The notes beneath the pieces are model-generated. The model ran no database searches and was not told the DNA's origin. It saw only the letters and a program-made list of their open reading frames with translations. From Deltaproteobacteria bacterium (lineage in GTDB: Bacteria; Desulfobacterota; Desulfobacteria; Desulfobacterales; B30-G6), in NCBI GenBank assembly GCA_022340465.1, contig JAJDNW010000033.1:44213-108212 (forward strand): a DNA stretch of 64,000 nucleotides, in the 5' to 3' direction. Every line of letters begins with the position of its first letter. Position 1 is the first letter of the stretch. Both the position numbers and the translations under genes were made by a program. Positions 46,319 to 55,759 of this stretch are shown here, one piece after another.

Positions 46319-46417
46319 ATCTCAGGCGCTCAACTTGGGTCGGGGTTTGAAATCCGGACCGGGTGCTGATATGCTGCATGTGCAACAAAAAAACCGTCAA
46401 TCGCTCGTTGCATTACT

Positions 46418-46720
46418 ATGAAACCATTCGCTTACGACCTGGACGCAAAGGATATCAGCCGGGAACGCCGCAAGGCGCGAGAACTGCGGGCTTCCCAGTG
46501 GTGGAAACGCCGCTGCGACAAGGGCGTCTGCCACTATTGCGGCAGGGCCACACCGCCCAAGGAGCTCACCATGGACCACATCGTGCCCATTGCACGGGGG
46601 GGCAGAAGCACCAAGGGAAATATCGTTCCCTGCTGCAAGGACTGCAACAATAAAAAAAAACAGATGCTGCCCATGGAGTGGGAAGGGTACCTGTCAACGC
46701 TTGGACACAAAGCGTTTTAA
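46418..46720 (+). CDS. small HNH endonuclease
   Basis: CHYCG..MDHIVPIARGG..GNIVPCCKDCNNKK. Confidence 0.8.
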   Translation: MKPFAYDLDAKDISRERRKARELRASQWWKRRCDKGVCHYCGRATPPKELTMDHIVPIARGGRSTKGNIVPCCKDCNNKKKQMLPMEWEGYLSTLGHKAF

Positions 46721-46724
46721 ATTC

Positions 46725-47282
46725 ATGGCAACCGGTATTATGGGTGAAAAACAGCTGAAATTCCTGGAATTCGTGCCGCTTATCCTTTATATAACCTTCG
46801 TTCGGGCGGTGGGAGGCGACGCAGCGGCCCTCCCATGGAAGATCTCCTTTGTCACGGGCGGCATTGCGTCCGTGGTCGTTTTTACCGTCCTCATGCGCAA
46901 CAAAGGGTTCATCCTCAATCGCATCGTACTGGGCGTCAACCTGTTTCTCATCAGCGGAGGCATTGCCGTCGCTCTGCGGCTGGATCCGCTGCTGAAGCTT
47001 TACTGGCGCTTCAACCCCGCGCCCATGTTCATCTGGATTTTCGGCGTCGGGCTGGCCGCCACGTTTTTGAGCCCGAGCGGCTTCACCGGAGAGTCCCTCA
47101 GCGACCGCGGCACCGTTCGACGGCATTCCGCCCTATTGACGGCGGCAACCGCCATTGCTTTGGGAATTTCGTTGGCGTTTCGGGGAAAAGCGATTTATGC
47201 CGACATCCTGCCTTTCATCGGCCTCTTTATCGTCAACGACAGGCTGCGGGCGAAACCCAGCCGCTCTCCGGACCAGGGGTAG
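46725..47282 (+). CDS. hypothetical membrane protein
   Basis: 185 aa from ATG 46725 with several hydrophobic segments. The longer track ORF overlaps the HNH gene. Confidence 0.5.
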   Translation: MATGIMGEKQLKFLEFVPLILYITFVRAVGGDAAALPWKISFVTGGIASVVVFTVLMRNKGFILNRIVLGVNLFLISGGIAVALRLDPLLKLYWRFNPAPMFIWIFGVGLAATFLSPSGFTGESLSDRGTVRRHSALLTAATAIALGISLAFRGKAIYADILPFIGLFIVNDRLRAKPSRSPDQG

Positions 47283-47290
47283 CCGGTTTT

Positions 47291-48205
47291 ATGCGAGCGC
47301 AACCAATGGATACATCGTCGGGTTCACGGCGTCGGTGGACACCGTACCTTCTTCTGACCGTTGCCCCCCTGTGCTGGGCCGGCAACGTGGTCGTGGCCCG
47401 CAACATTGTGGACACGGTTTCTCCGTTGAGCCTGGCCTTCTGGCGCTGGACCCTCGCCTTTGCCATCCTGCTTCCCTTTGCCTGGAAACAAGTCGTCAGG
47501 GATTGGTCTGTCTTTCTAACCCATTGGAAGATATTTTGCTTTTTCGGATTAACCGGCATCAGCATGTGGAATACACTGCTCTATGTGGCGGTACAGACAA
47601 CCACCGCCATCAATGCGGCCCTCATGCTTACCGTCATGCCGGCCATGATCGTTCTGATCTCCCTGGCGGCTTTCAAGGAAAAAATAACGCCCCTGCAAAT
47701 GACCGGCCTCTGCTTCAGCATGATCGGGGCCGTAACGGTCGTTTTGCACGGCCGTCTTGAAAACCTCGTGAACTTCGTTTTTGTCGAAGGGGATCTTTTC
47801 ATGCTGCTGGCGGTCCTGGTCTACGCCCTCTATTCCGCATTCTTAAAAAGCAGACCGCCGGTCCATCCCGTGAGCTTTCTTTTATTCGTTATCGGAATCG
47901 GTTTTCTAGGACTATTGCCGCTCTATGTGTGGGAATGCGTTGAAGCCACCGCCTTTTCCTTCGATAAAGCGTTTCTTTTTAGCATCGCCTACTTTGCCGT
48001 ATTCCCTTCGCTGGTAGCCTATTTCTGCTGGAACAGGGGCGTGGAGCTCATCGGTGCCAACCGGGCCGGGTTGTTTATCAACCTGATGCCCGTGTTCACC
48101 TCCATCATGGCTCTCATCTGGCTGGATGAAGCGCTGCACCCCTACCACCTGATCGGTTTGTTTCTGATTTTTACCGGAATGGCGCTTTTCAACCGGCATC
48201 GTTGA
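47291..48205 (+). CDS. DMT/EamA family transporter
   Basis: Ten-TM-like repeat pattern. ATG 47291 (MRAQPMDTSS..LCWAGNVVVAR). The upstream part of the track ORF is out-of-frame overlap. Confidence 0.8.
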   Translation: MRAQPMDTSSGSRRRWTPYLLLTVAPLCWAGNVVVARNIVDTVSPLSLAFWRWTLAFAILLPFAWKQVVRDWSVFLTHWKIFCFFGLTGISMWNTLLYVAVQTTTAINAALMLTVMPAMIVLISLAAFKEKITPLQMTGLCFSMIGAVTVVLHGRLENLVNFVFVEGDLFMLLAVLVYALYSAFLKSRPPVHPVSFLLFVIGIGFLGLLPLYVWECVEATAFSFDKAFLFSIAYFAVFPSLVAYFCWNRGVELIGANRAGLFINLMPVFTSIMALIWLDEALHPYHLIGLFLIFTGMALFNRHR

Positions 48206-48267
48206 GGATTTCATGCGAACGGAAAAAGGGATGCACGACCTCGTGGAGGCAATATTCGCTGATAAGC

Positions 48268-49161
48268 TTAGTTTTCCACCGACCTTACCGTTCCCAGGTA
48301 TATGGCCATCAAGACGATGCCCACCCCGCACCAGTTTATCCACCCCATGGGGCGGCTAAAAATCAATACATCCCAGACAAAAGCGAGGGCCGGCTGAAGC
48401 AGAAGAACCAGCCCGGAAAGGGATGCCCGTATTTTTGGCAGGGTATTGGCAATAAAAATCCAACCCAGGAATTGACTGAAAAGCCCCAGTGCGATCAATG
48501 AAGCCAGGCTCATTAAACCGGGTATTCTGAAGCTCTCCGACGATACATACACCTGACTGCCTAAAAACACGGTCGATATGAGCGAAACCAGCGTTAAAAC
48601 ATAAAAAAAAGAAATGCCGCTCTGTTCGGCCTGGAGCCTGCGCAGAGACAGGAGAAAGCCGGAATAGCAAACCGCAGCCGCCAGTCCCGCCAAGATCCCA
48701 AGCCTGTACGTTTGATTCAAATTGTCCCAATCAACCCCTACGACCATCAGAAGTCCCGCAAAGGCTAAGGGAACGGACAGGATGAATTGAATAGGTATTG
48801 TTTCTTTTAAAAATACGATGCCGATCGCCGTTAAAATAAAAACCTGAAAATTTGGAAGAATCGTTCCAAGCCCCGGACCGATGCGGTTGATGCTGTAATG
48901 ATAAAGCCACAGGTCCAGGGAAAAAAAGAAACTGCACAGCACCATCAGCAACAGTTGCCTTCGCCCGGGCCGGCACCATTCGCGGCGATATATTGAGGCC
49001 GCCACAAGAAAGATTCCTCCGAAAAAAACCCGATAAAAAGCCGACGTCGTCGAAGGCACGTGACTCCATTTGACCCACACTCCGGAGAAGCTGATGATGG
49101 CGGCCCCCATGACCAGCACAGCCAGCATGGGTATCTTGTTTTCAACCGATTTTTCTTTCAT
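48268..49161 (-). CDS. DMT/EamA family transporter
   Basis: 297-aa polytopic ORF with a duplicated EamA-like halves pattern. Confidence 0.8.
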   Translation of the reverse strand: MKEKSVENKIPMLAVLVMGAAIISFSGVWVKWSHVPSTTSAFYRVFFGGIFLVAASIYRREWCRPGRRQLLLMVLCSFFFSLDLWLYHYSINRIGPGLGTILPNFQVFILTAIGIVFLKETIPIQFILSVPLAFAGLLMVVGVDWDNLNQTYRLGILAGLAAAVCYSGFLLSLRRLQAEQSGISFFYVLTLVSLISTVFLGSQVYVSSESFRIPGLMSLASLIALGLFSQFLGWIFIANTLPKIRASLSGLVLLLQPALAFVWDVLIFSRPMGWINWCGVGIVLMAIYLGTVRSVEN

Positions 49162-49357
49162 GGTCTACACGAAACAACGCTCGCTTTCCTCTACGTTGAC
49201 ACGAAAAAATAAAAACCCGTTGTGGCGATTGTCGTAATTACCGGACTCCCATAAGCCAAAGTCCTTTTGCTTGTCAATCAACACTTAATCTTGATATTGA
49301 AAATGAACAAATGCTGCTAACAAAACCTTTGGAACCATTTTTTGAAAAGGGTATGCC

Positions 49358-50239
49358 ATGACCACCGTCAAAGCCAACAATATCGACATCGAGTATGAAA
49401 CATTCGGGAAAGCAGACCATCCAGCCGTCCTCTTGATCAACGGGCTGAGCGGTCAGCTAGTGGAATGGGAGGAATGGTTTTGCCGGAGCATCGCCGACAG
49501 GGGATACTTCGTCATCCGGTTTGACAACCGGGATGCCGGGCTCTCCACAAAATTTGATACTGCCGGTGTACCCAACCTGGTTGAAGCGGCTCAAAAACGT
49601 TTCATCGGGCAACCGGTAGCCCCTCCCTACACCCTCGAGGAGATGGCCGAAGATGCGGCCGGATTGCTGGACGCCCTCGGCATTGAAAAGGCCCACGTGT
49701 GCGGCATGTCCATGGGGGGGATGATTGCCCAAACCTTCGCCATAAAGTATACCACGCGCCTGCTCAGCCTGACCTCCATCTACAGCGCCACCGGTGACCC
49801 GGCACTGCCGCCCCCGGAACCCAGAGCCATGGAGGTTCTGATCAAGCCCAATCCCACCCGACGCGATGCCAATATCGAACACGTCATCAACACCTACCGT
49901 GCCCTTGCGGGCTCCGGGTTGCCCTTTGACCAAGCCTTTCATAGCAAGATGGCGGCGAGGGCCTACGACCGGTCCTTTTGTCCCCAGGGAACCGCACGCC
50001 AGTTGATGGCGGTCTGGTCCCAGAAGGACCGCACCAGGGAGCTTGCCGCGGTCGATGTTCCCACACTGGTCATCCACGGCGACGAAGACCCCCTGGTTCC
50101 CTTGCAGGGCGGAAAAGACACCGCCGCTGCCATACCGGGCGCCAGACTCTTCGTCATAAAGGGCATGGGGCACGAACTGCCGGCACCGAATGCACATTGG
50201 GAAGAGATCCTGCGGGCGTTTTTGCGCCACATAAAGTGA
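49358..50239 (+). CDS. alpha/beta hydrolase
   Basis: Nucleophile elbow GMSMGG, HGDEDP late motif. Confidence 0.8.
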   Translation: MTTVKANNIDIEYETFGKADHPAVLLINGLSGQLVEWEEWFCRSIADRGYFVIRFDNRDAGLSTKFDTAGVPNLVEAAQKRFIGQPVAPPYTLEEMAEDAAGLLDALGIEKAHVCGMSMGGMIAQTFAIKYTTRLLSLTSIYSATGDPALPPPEPRAMEVLIKPNPTRRDANIEHVINTYRALAGSGLPFDQAFHSKMAARAYDRSFCPQGTARQLMAVWSQKDRTRELAAVDVPTLVIHGDEDPLVPLQGGKDTAAAIPGARLFVIKGMGHELPAPNAHWEEILRAFLRHIK

Positions 50240-50332
50240 GTTGAAAAATTGATCATTTTTGCATACAGTAGGCGAACTCATTTTTGCTATGATTTTTGGT
50301 TAAACGCTGATGTTCAACAGGAGGTGTGAGGT

Positions 50333-51001
50333 ATGAAAAAGTGGCGATGCACGGTTTGCGGATATATTCATAAGGGCGACGAACCGCCGGACAAGTGTCC
50401 GGTCTGCGGTGCGGACAAAAGCCTGTTCGAAGAAGTCGTGGAGACGGCGGAGGAAACGGCTGATGCCGCCGCCGCAGAAACCCCCGATCCGCCCCCGGAG
50501 ACACCGCCCGAAGAGCCAGCAAAGTCAGACCCGGAAAATCCACCCGTAGGACGGTTCGGAGAGCCCTACCAGCTTCTGATCGGGCAGATGCTCAAGCACC
50601 ATGCCCATCCGATCTCCACCCACATTCCCAACGGCGTTCTGCCCATCACCTTCCTTTTTTTGCTCTTGGCAATGGTCACCGGATCGAAGTCGTTGGATAC
50701 GGCGGCTTTCTGCAACCTTATCATGGTCGTACTCACCATCCCCGTGGTCATCTTTTCCGGCTTCGTCGAGTGGCGGCACCGCTACAAGGGCATCATGACC
50801 GGTCAGTTCAAGCTTAAAATCGCCTGCGCCGCCGTTGTCGCAGCCGGAACCCTTATCCTGGTCCTGTGGCGGATCGCCTCACCCGACGTTCTCACCGCCA
50901 CATCCACAGGAAGAAACCTGTTCGTTTTCATCGGTCTGATAACCGTGACCGCCGCCGGCATTGCCGGCTTCATCGGCGGCAAACTGGTATTCAAGGATTG
51001 A
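50333..51001 (+). CDS. rubredoxin-like zinc/iron ribbon fused to a DUF2231-type membrane domain
   Basis: WRCTVCGYIH..CPVCGADK, a Pro/Glu/Ala-rich linker, then about four TM segments. SD AGGAGG. Confidence 0.7.
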   Translation: MKKWRCTVCGYIHKGDEPPDKCPVCGADKSLFEEVVETAEETADAAAAETPDPPPETPPEEPAKSDPENPPVGRFGEPYQLLIGQMLKHHAHPISTHIPNGVLPITFLFLLLAMVTGSKSLDTAAFCNLIMVVLTIPVVIFSGFVEWRHRYKGIMTGQFKLKIACAAVVAAGTLILVLWRIASPDVLTATSTGRNLFVFIGLITVTAAGIAGFIGGKLVFKD

Positions 51002-51023
51002 TGACGGGAATGGATGACAACCA

Positions 51024-51953
51024 ATGAATGCCGAATCTCAACCTGGTGCCCCCCCGGCACCGACCCGGGACGCCTCAACCCTGGTCTTGCTGCGCATGCG
51101 GCCCACAGCACCCCCTTTCGAGCTGCTCCTCATGCGCCGCCATGCCAAACAGCGCTTCATGGGCAAAGCGTTTGTCTACCCCGGCGGACAGTTGGATGAA
51201 CTGGACTGCAACCCCTCTCTGGCCCTTTACGCCAACGGGATCACCGCCGACATCGCCAAACGGCGGCTGCGCGAAAAGAATCTTTCCGGCGAAAAAGCCC
51301 TCGGTCTTTTTTTTGCCGCCATACGGGAGACATTTGAAGAGTCCGGCGTGCTCATGGGTGGCCGGACATCGGGACGGGACATCGATTTCAAGGATGCAGC
51401 GGTCAGCAGACAATTTGCCGAATACCGCGCGATGATACATCAGCAAAAGATGTCACTGGAAGATCTCGCCAAAGAGGAAAAATTGGTCTTCTGGCTGGAT
51501 CGGCTCATGCCGTTTGCGCACTGGGTCACGCCCGAGGCCGAACCCAAACGGTTCGACACCCGGTTTTTTCTGGCGCCCATCCCTCATGGACAGGCACCCG
51601 CGCATGACGCCCTGGAAATGACGGAAACCATGTGGCTCACCCCCAAAGAAGCGCTGAACAAACAAACGGCCGGAGAGGTGCTTCTCATGCCGCCAACCAT
51701 TAAAACCATAGAAGAGATGTCCGTGTTTTCCTCCCTGGGCGACCTGCTTGGCTATGCCGCTTCGCGCAGCATCCCTACCATACTACCCCAAATCACAACC
51801 GAGGGTGACCGTGTGGTGGTTAAGCTGCCCAACGATCCCGAGTACACCATTGCCGGGTCGAAGCAACGGCTTCGACCGAATGAAATTTCAAGAATTGTCA
51901 TTGTGGAAGGCAGGCTGAAAGCCGTCTGTTTTTGGGAACAGACGGGCTGCTGA
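51024..51953 (+). CDS. NUDIX-like hydrolase
   Basis: FVYPGGQLD ... AAIRETFEESGVL (Nudix box split by an insertion), 309 aa. Confidence 0.6.
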   Translation: MNAESQPGAPPAPTRDASTLVLLRMRPTAPPFELLLMRRHAKQRFMGKAFVYPGGQLDELDCNPSLALYANGITADIAKRRLREKNLSGEKALGLFFAAIRETFEESGVLMGGRTSGRDIDFKDAAVSRQFAEYRAMIHQQKMSLEDLAKEEKLVFWLDRLMPFAHWVTPEAEPKRFDTRFFLAPIPHGQAPAHDALEMTETMWLTPKEALNKQTAGEVLLMPPTIKTIEEMSVFSSLGDLLGYAASRSIPTILPQITTEGDRVVVKLPNDPEYTIAGSKQRLRPNEISRIVIVEGRLKAVCFWEQTGC

Positions 51954-52006
51954 ACGCTGCAAGTCTGGTTCTTGCCGGCAAAAGATGTGCGGATGGAAGT
52001 CATCCT

Positions 52007-52048
52007 GAAAAAAATATAGCGCAACATTCCCATGGGGATTTTGCGCTA
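52007..52048 (-). terminator. rho-independent terminator of the BMP ABC operon
   Basis: Stem TAGCGCAA/TTGCGCTA (52017-52024/52041-52048) overlapping the permease stop. On the minus strand it is followed by TATTTTTTTC. Confidence 0.6.
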
Positions 52049-52966
52049 GCGTTCACCGCGCCGGTAGGGTTCACCCAGCATGGCCGGCGCATTCAGCTTC
52101 CGGCTGTCCTTAAGACCAATCACCAAGAGGACCAGCAGTGTGCCGATATAGGGCAGCATGGCCAGAAAGTTGGGTGAAATGCCCAGCGGCTGCAGCAGAT
52201 ACTGCAACACAAATATGCCCCCGAACAAAAACGCGCCCACCAGGGCGCGCATGGGGTTCCACAGGGCGAAGATCGTCAGGGCGATGACGATCCACCCCCT
52301 TCCGGCCGTCATCCCCTCGATCCACGACCCGCTGTATGATATGGACAAATTCGCCCCGGCCATGCCGGAAAAAGCACCGCCGGCTATGATGCTCCCGTAG
52401 CGGATCAAAGAGACGTTGACGCCCTGGGCCTCCGTGGCCTGCGGGTTTTCACCGGCGGAACGGATCTTGATGCCCAGGTCCGTGTAGTCAAGCATGAACC
52501 AGGCGGCCGGGGCCAGCACCAGCGCCATGTAGAAAAACGGGCTCTGGTCGAAAAAGATCTCTCCCAAATAAGGAATGTCGGACAGATACGGAATGGCATA
52601 GTCGTGCATTTTTACGCTGAGGGGTTTTCCCACGAAGGGCTTCCCGGCCAGTCCCGAGATGCCCAGGCCCAGCATGGTCAGCGCCAGGCCGGAAACCACC
52701 TGGTTTGACTGCAGGCTCACGGATGCAAACGCGTGGATGACCGATATCACCATGCCCGCCAGAATGGCGGCCATCAGTCCGAGCCATGGATTGTGCGTGT
52801 AAAAAGTCACCATGAAGGCGGCTACCGCCCCGGTCGACATCACCCCTTCAACACCGAGATTGAGAATGCCGGAGCGTTCGCAGATTACCTCACCGATGGT
52901 GCCCAGCAAGAGGGGCGTACCGGCAATCAAGGTCCGCCGGACAACTGAAACGATCATATCTTCCAT
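52046..52966 (-). CDS. ABC transporter permease (BMP/nucleoside-type)
   Basis: 306-aa polytopic ORF, last gene of the SBP-ATPase-permease-permease array. Confidence 0.85.
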   Translation of the reverse strand: MEDMIVSVVRRTLIAGTPLLLGTIGEVICERSGILNLGVEGVMSTGAVAAFMVTFYTHNPWLGLMAAILAGMVISVIHAFASVSLQSNQVVSGLALTMLGLGISGLAGKPFVGKPLSVKMHDYAIPYLSDIPYLGEIFFDQSPFFYMALVLAPAAWFMLDYTDLGIKIRSAGENPQATEAQGVNVSLIRYGSIIAGGAFSGMAGANLSISYSGSWIEGMTAGRGWIVIALTIFALWNPMRALVGAFLFGGIFVLQYLLQPLGISPNFLAMLPYIGTLLVLLVIGLKDSRKLNAPAMLGEPYRRGER

Positions 52967-52970
52967 ACGC

Positions 52971-54089
52971 TCAACCTGTTTTCAGCGGCTTCGTTGTCTG
53001 ATGGCCCGTTCGCGGTTCAGCAACGAACCTGACTTTATGTTTCAAAAAATAATCCCCCATGATCAGAAACACGAGGAGGGTCCCGTTGAAAATTTCCACC
53101 GTCGCCGCGGGAAGCCCCAGGGAAATCTGAATGGCATCCCCCCCCACAAGAATACCGGCAAAGAATATGCTCGCGATGATGACGAAAAAGGGATTGAGTT
53201 TGGCCAGCCAGGCAACAATGATGGCCGTGAAGCCATAGCCGGATGAAATCGAGTCCGGATAGCTGAGATAGTGGTGAAGCCCCGCGACCTCCCCCACACC
53301 GGCAAACCCCGCAACGCCGCCACTTATGGCCATGATGATCAGTGTTGTCTTAAAGAAATCGATTCCCGCATAGCGGGCTGCCTCGGGGTTTTCGCCGATC
53401 ACCCGGACTTCATATCCGAAACGGGTCTTGTAGATGACCATGCCCAGAACGGCCACGGTCAGCAGTGCCAGAATAAGCGTCGCATAGTGGATCCGCGACC
53501 CGGGAATCAACCCCAGGGTGGCCGATGCCGGCAGGTCGTCGGTGTAGGGAAAGCCGAACTTGGTTTTTCCCTTCCAGGGGCCCACAATCAAGAACGTCAG
53601 AAACTCGGCGCAGATGTAATTCATCATCAGGGTCGAAATGACCTCGTTGATGGCAAACTTTATCTTTAAAAAAGCCGGAATCAACCCCCAAAAAGCGCCG
53701 CCCACGAACCCGGCGAAAAACATCAGGGGAACGATTACCGGTGCAGGGAGGTGCGGGCCCCAGTTGAGCCCTACCCAGGTACCGAAAATGGCCCCCATCA
53801 AAAGCTGGCTCTCCGCACCGATGTTCCAGAACTTGGCTCTGAAGGCGATCGCCAGCCCGACGCCGATCAGGATCAGCGGAATGGCCTTGGTGACGGTTTC
53901 CTTGATGCCGTACATGCTGCCGAAGGAACCGGTGAAAATTTTTGCTATGGCAAAAACAGGGTTCACGCCAAAGGCGAGAAATATAAGCCCAATAAAGAAC
54001 AGACCGGCCACGATCGAAAAAGCGAGCGCCCAAACCTTGTCGGCCGTTGTAATTTTTTCTCTGTCGGTTATGTTAATTGAGGGTATCAT
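52971..54089 (-). CDS. ABC transporter permease (BMP/nucleoside-type)
   Basis: 372-aa polytopic ORF, 4 nt upstream of the second permease. Confidence 0.85.
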   Translation of the reverse strand: MIPSINITDREKITTADKVWALAFSIVAGLFFIGLIFLAFGVNPVFAIAKIFTGSFGSMYGIKETVTKAIPLILIGVGLAIAFRAKFWNIGAESQLLMGAIFGTWVGLNWGPHLPAPVIVPLMFFAGFVGGAFWGLIPAFLKIKFAINEVISTLMMNYICAEFLTFLIVGPWKGKTKFGFPYTDDLPASATLGLIPGSRIHYATLILALLTVAVLGMVIYKTRFGYEVRVIGENPEAARYAGIDFFKTTLIIMAISGGVAGFAGVGEVAGLHHYLSYPDSISSGYGFTAIIVAWLAKLNPFFVIIASIFFAGILVGGDAIQISLGLPAATVEIFNGTLLVFLIMGDYFLKHKVRFVAEPRTGHQTTKPLKTG

Positions 54090-54128
54090 TCACTTTTTCC
54101 CCATGGCACGAGGCACGGCACCCCACGG

Positions 54129-55664
54129 TCATCCGGCCACACCGGCCGCAGGCAAACGCAGGGATCCGGCCATCATCAACCCGATATCCGCCGTGCGCGG
54201 ATCATCGCTTTTCAAAATGCCCATAAATTCCCCCTGAAAAAGAACGGCTATCCGATCGCACAGTTCGAAAATCTCCTCCAGATCTTCCGAAACCAGCAGC
54301 ACCGCCCCGCCGGCCATGCGCTGTTTTAAAAGCTGCTTGCGCAGGTATTCCGTTGCCCCCACGTCCAGGCCGTAGGTCGGGTGGGAGGCCACCAGGAGAA
54401 CCGGGTCATGGCTGATCTCACGACCCAGAATAAGCTTTTGAATATTGCCGCCCGACAAATCCTTGGTCTGAACATTGATGGAGGGCGCCAGGACCTGGAA
54501 GGCGTCCACCAGTTTTTTAGCATGAGACTTGATGTTCCCGTATGCCAGCAGCGAATTCTTCGAATATTTTCTCAAATGGTGCTGCTTGAGGATAGCGTTT
54601 TCATACACATAAAGACCCGGTGCGATACCGAACTTAATCCGCTCTTCCGGCACATGGGAAACACCGCTGTCATAAATCTTACGGGGGGACCGGTTGGTTA
54701 TGTCGCGATCATTGACGCTTATTTTCCCCGCAGCCACCTGCCTCAGGCCGGTTATCGCTTCCACCAGTTCCCGCTGACCGTTGCCGGAAACACCGGCGAT
54801 GCCGAATATTTCGTTTTTATAAATGTCAAAAGAGACTTCCTTTACCGCCGGATAGCCCTTGTCGCTGTTTACGGTCAGGCCCGTGACCTGCAACACACGG
54901 TCGCTGGGTGGCATTTTTTCCCTTTGGATATCGAAGATCACGTCCCGGCCCACCATCATCCTGGCCAGCGTTTTTTTGTCCATCGCCGCCGTATGGGCAT
55001 GGCCCACGATGCGTCCCTTCTGCAGCACCGTCACCCGATCGCAGAGAGCCATGATTTCATCCAACTTGTGGCTGATCAGGATAATGAGATGTCCGGCCTT
55101 TTTCATGTCCCTCAGCACCCGGAACAAATCCCTGGCTTCCTGGGGCGTCAGGACGGACGTGGGTTCATCCAGTATCAGCAAATCGGCGCCGTTGAACAGG
55201 GCCTTGATAATCTCTACGCGTTGCTGCTCCCCCGCTGAAAGCTGCCAGATCTTTTTGAGGGGATCGATTTCCAGGTTGAACTTTCTGGAGAAAGCGACGA
55301 TGTCAGTCTCGATCTTTTTCTGCGGAAACAGAAAAGGTGTTTTTTTATACCCCAGGGCGATGTTTTCCGCCACCGTATGATTGTCCACCAGCATGAAATG
55401 CTGGTGGACCATGCCGATGCCCAGGCTGATGGACTCCAAGGGTGAGGATATGCGCACAGCCCTGCCGTTGATGATGATTTCGCCGGAATCCGGCTGATAC
55501 AGGCCATACAGGATATTCATCAGGGTGGTTTTCCCGGCGCCGTTTTCCCCCAGAAGCCCCAGAATTTCCCCGGATGAAACCGTAAGGTCGATATCGCGGT
55601 TGGCGGGAATCCCATGAAACGACTTGGAGATGCCCGCCATCTCGAGTTTTTCGATTTTAATCAT
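54129..55664 (-). CDS. ABC transporter ATP-binding protein, duplicated NBD (sugar/nucleoside type)
   Basis: GENGAGKTT, LSAGEQQRV, ILDEPT. Second half GVSGNGQRE, LSGGNIQK. ATG 55664 (MIKIEKLEM). Confidence 0.9.
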   Translation of the reverse strand: MIKIEKLEMAGISKSFHGIPANRDIDLTVSSGEILGLLGENGAGKTTLMNILYGLYQPDSGEIIINGRAVRISSPLESISLGIGMVHQHFMLVDNHTVAENIALGYKKTPFLFPQKKIETDIVAFSRKFNLEIDPLKKIWQLSAGEQQRVEIIKALFNGADLLILDEPTSVLTPQEARDLFRVLRDMKKAGHLIILISHKLDEIMALCDRVTVLQKGRIVGHAHTAAMDKKTLARMMVGRDVIFDIQREKMPPSDRVLQVTGLTVNSDKGYPAVKEVSFDIYKNEIFGIAGVSGNGQRELVEAITGLRQVAAGKISVNDRDITNRSPRKIYDSGVSHVPEERIKFGIAPGLYVYENAILKQHHLRKYSKNSLLAYGNIKSHAKKLVDAFQVLAPSINVQTKDLSGGNIQKLILGREISHDPVLLVASHPTYGLDVGATEYLRKQLLKQRMAGGAVLLVSEDLEEIFELCDRIAVLFQGEFMGILKSDDPRTADIGLMMAGSLRLPAAGVAG

Positions 55665-55759
55665 ACATTTTAACTGTTGCCAGCAGGAACGGGGAACCAG
55701 ACCTGCCGATTCCCCGCTCCATTTCACCATGATCCTTCATGATCGGACATGAAAATATA

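Noticed and set aside
46835-47290. N-terminal 150-aa extension of the EamA transporter ORF (track start 46835)
   Set aside because: The extension is Arg/His/Pro-rich and overlaps the membrane-protein gene 46725-47282 in another frame. A clean ATG at 47291 gives a normal EamA N-terminus.
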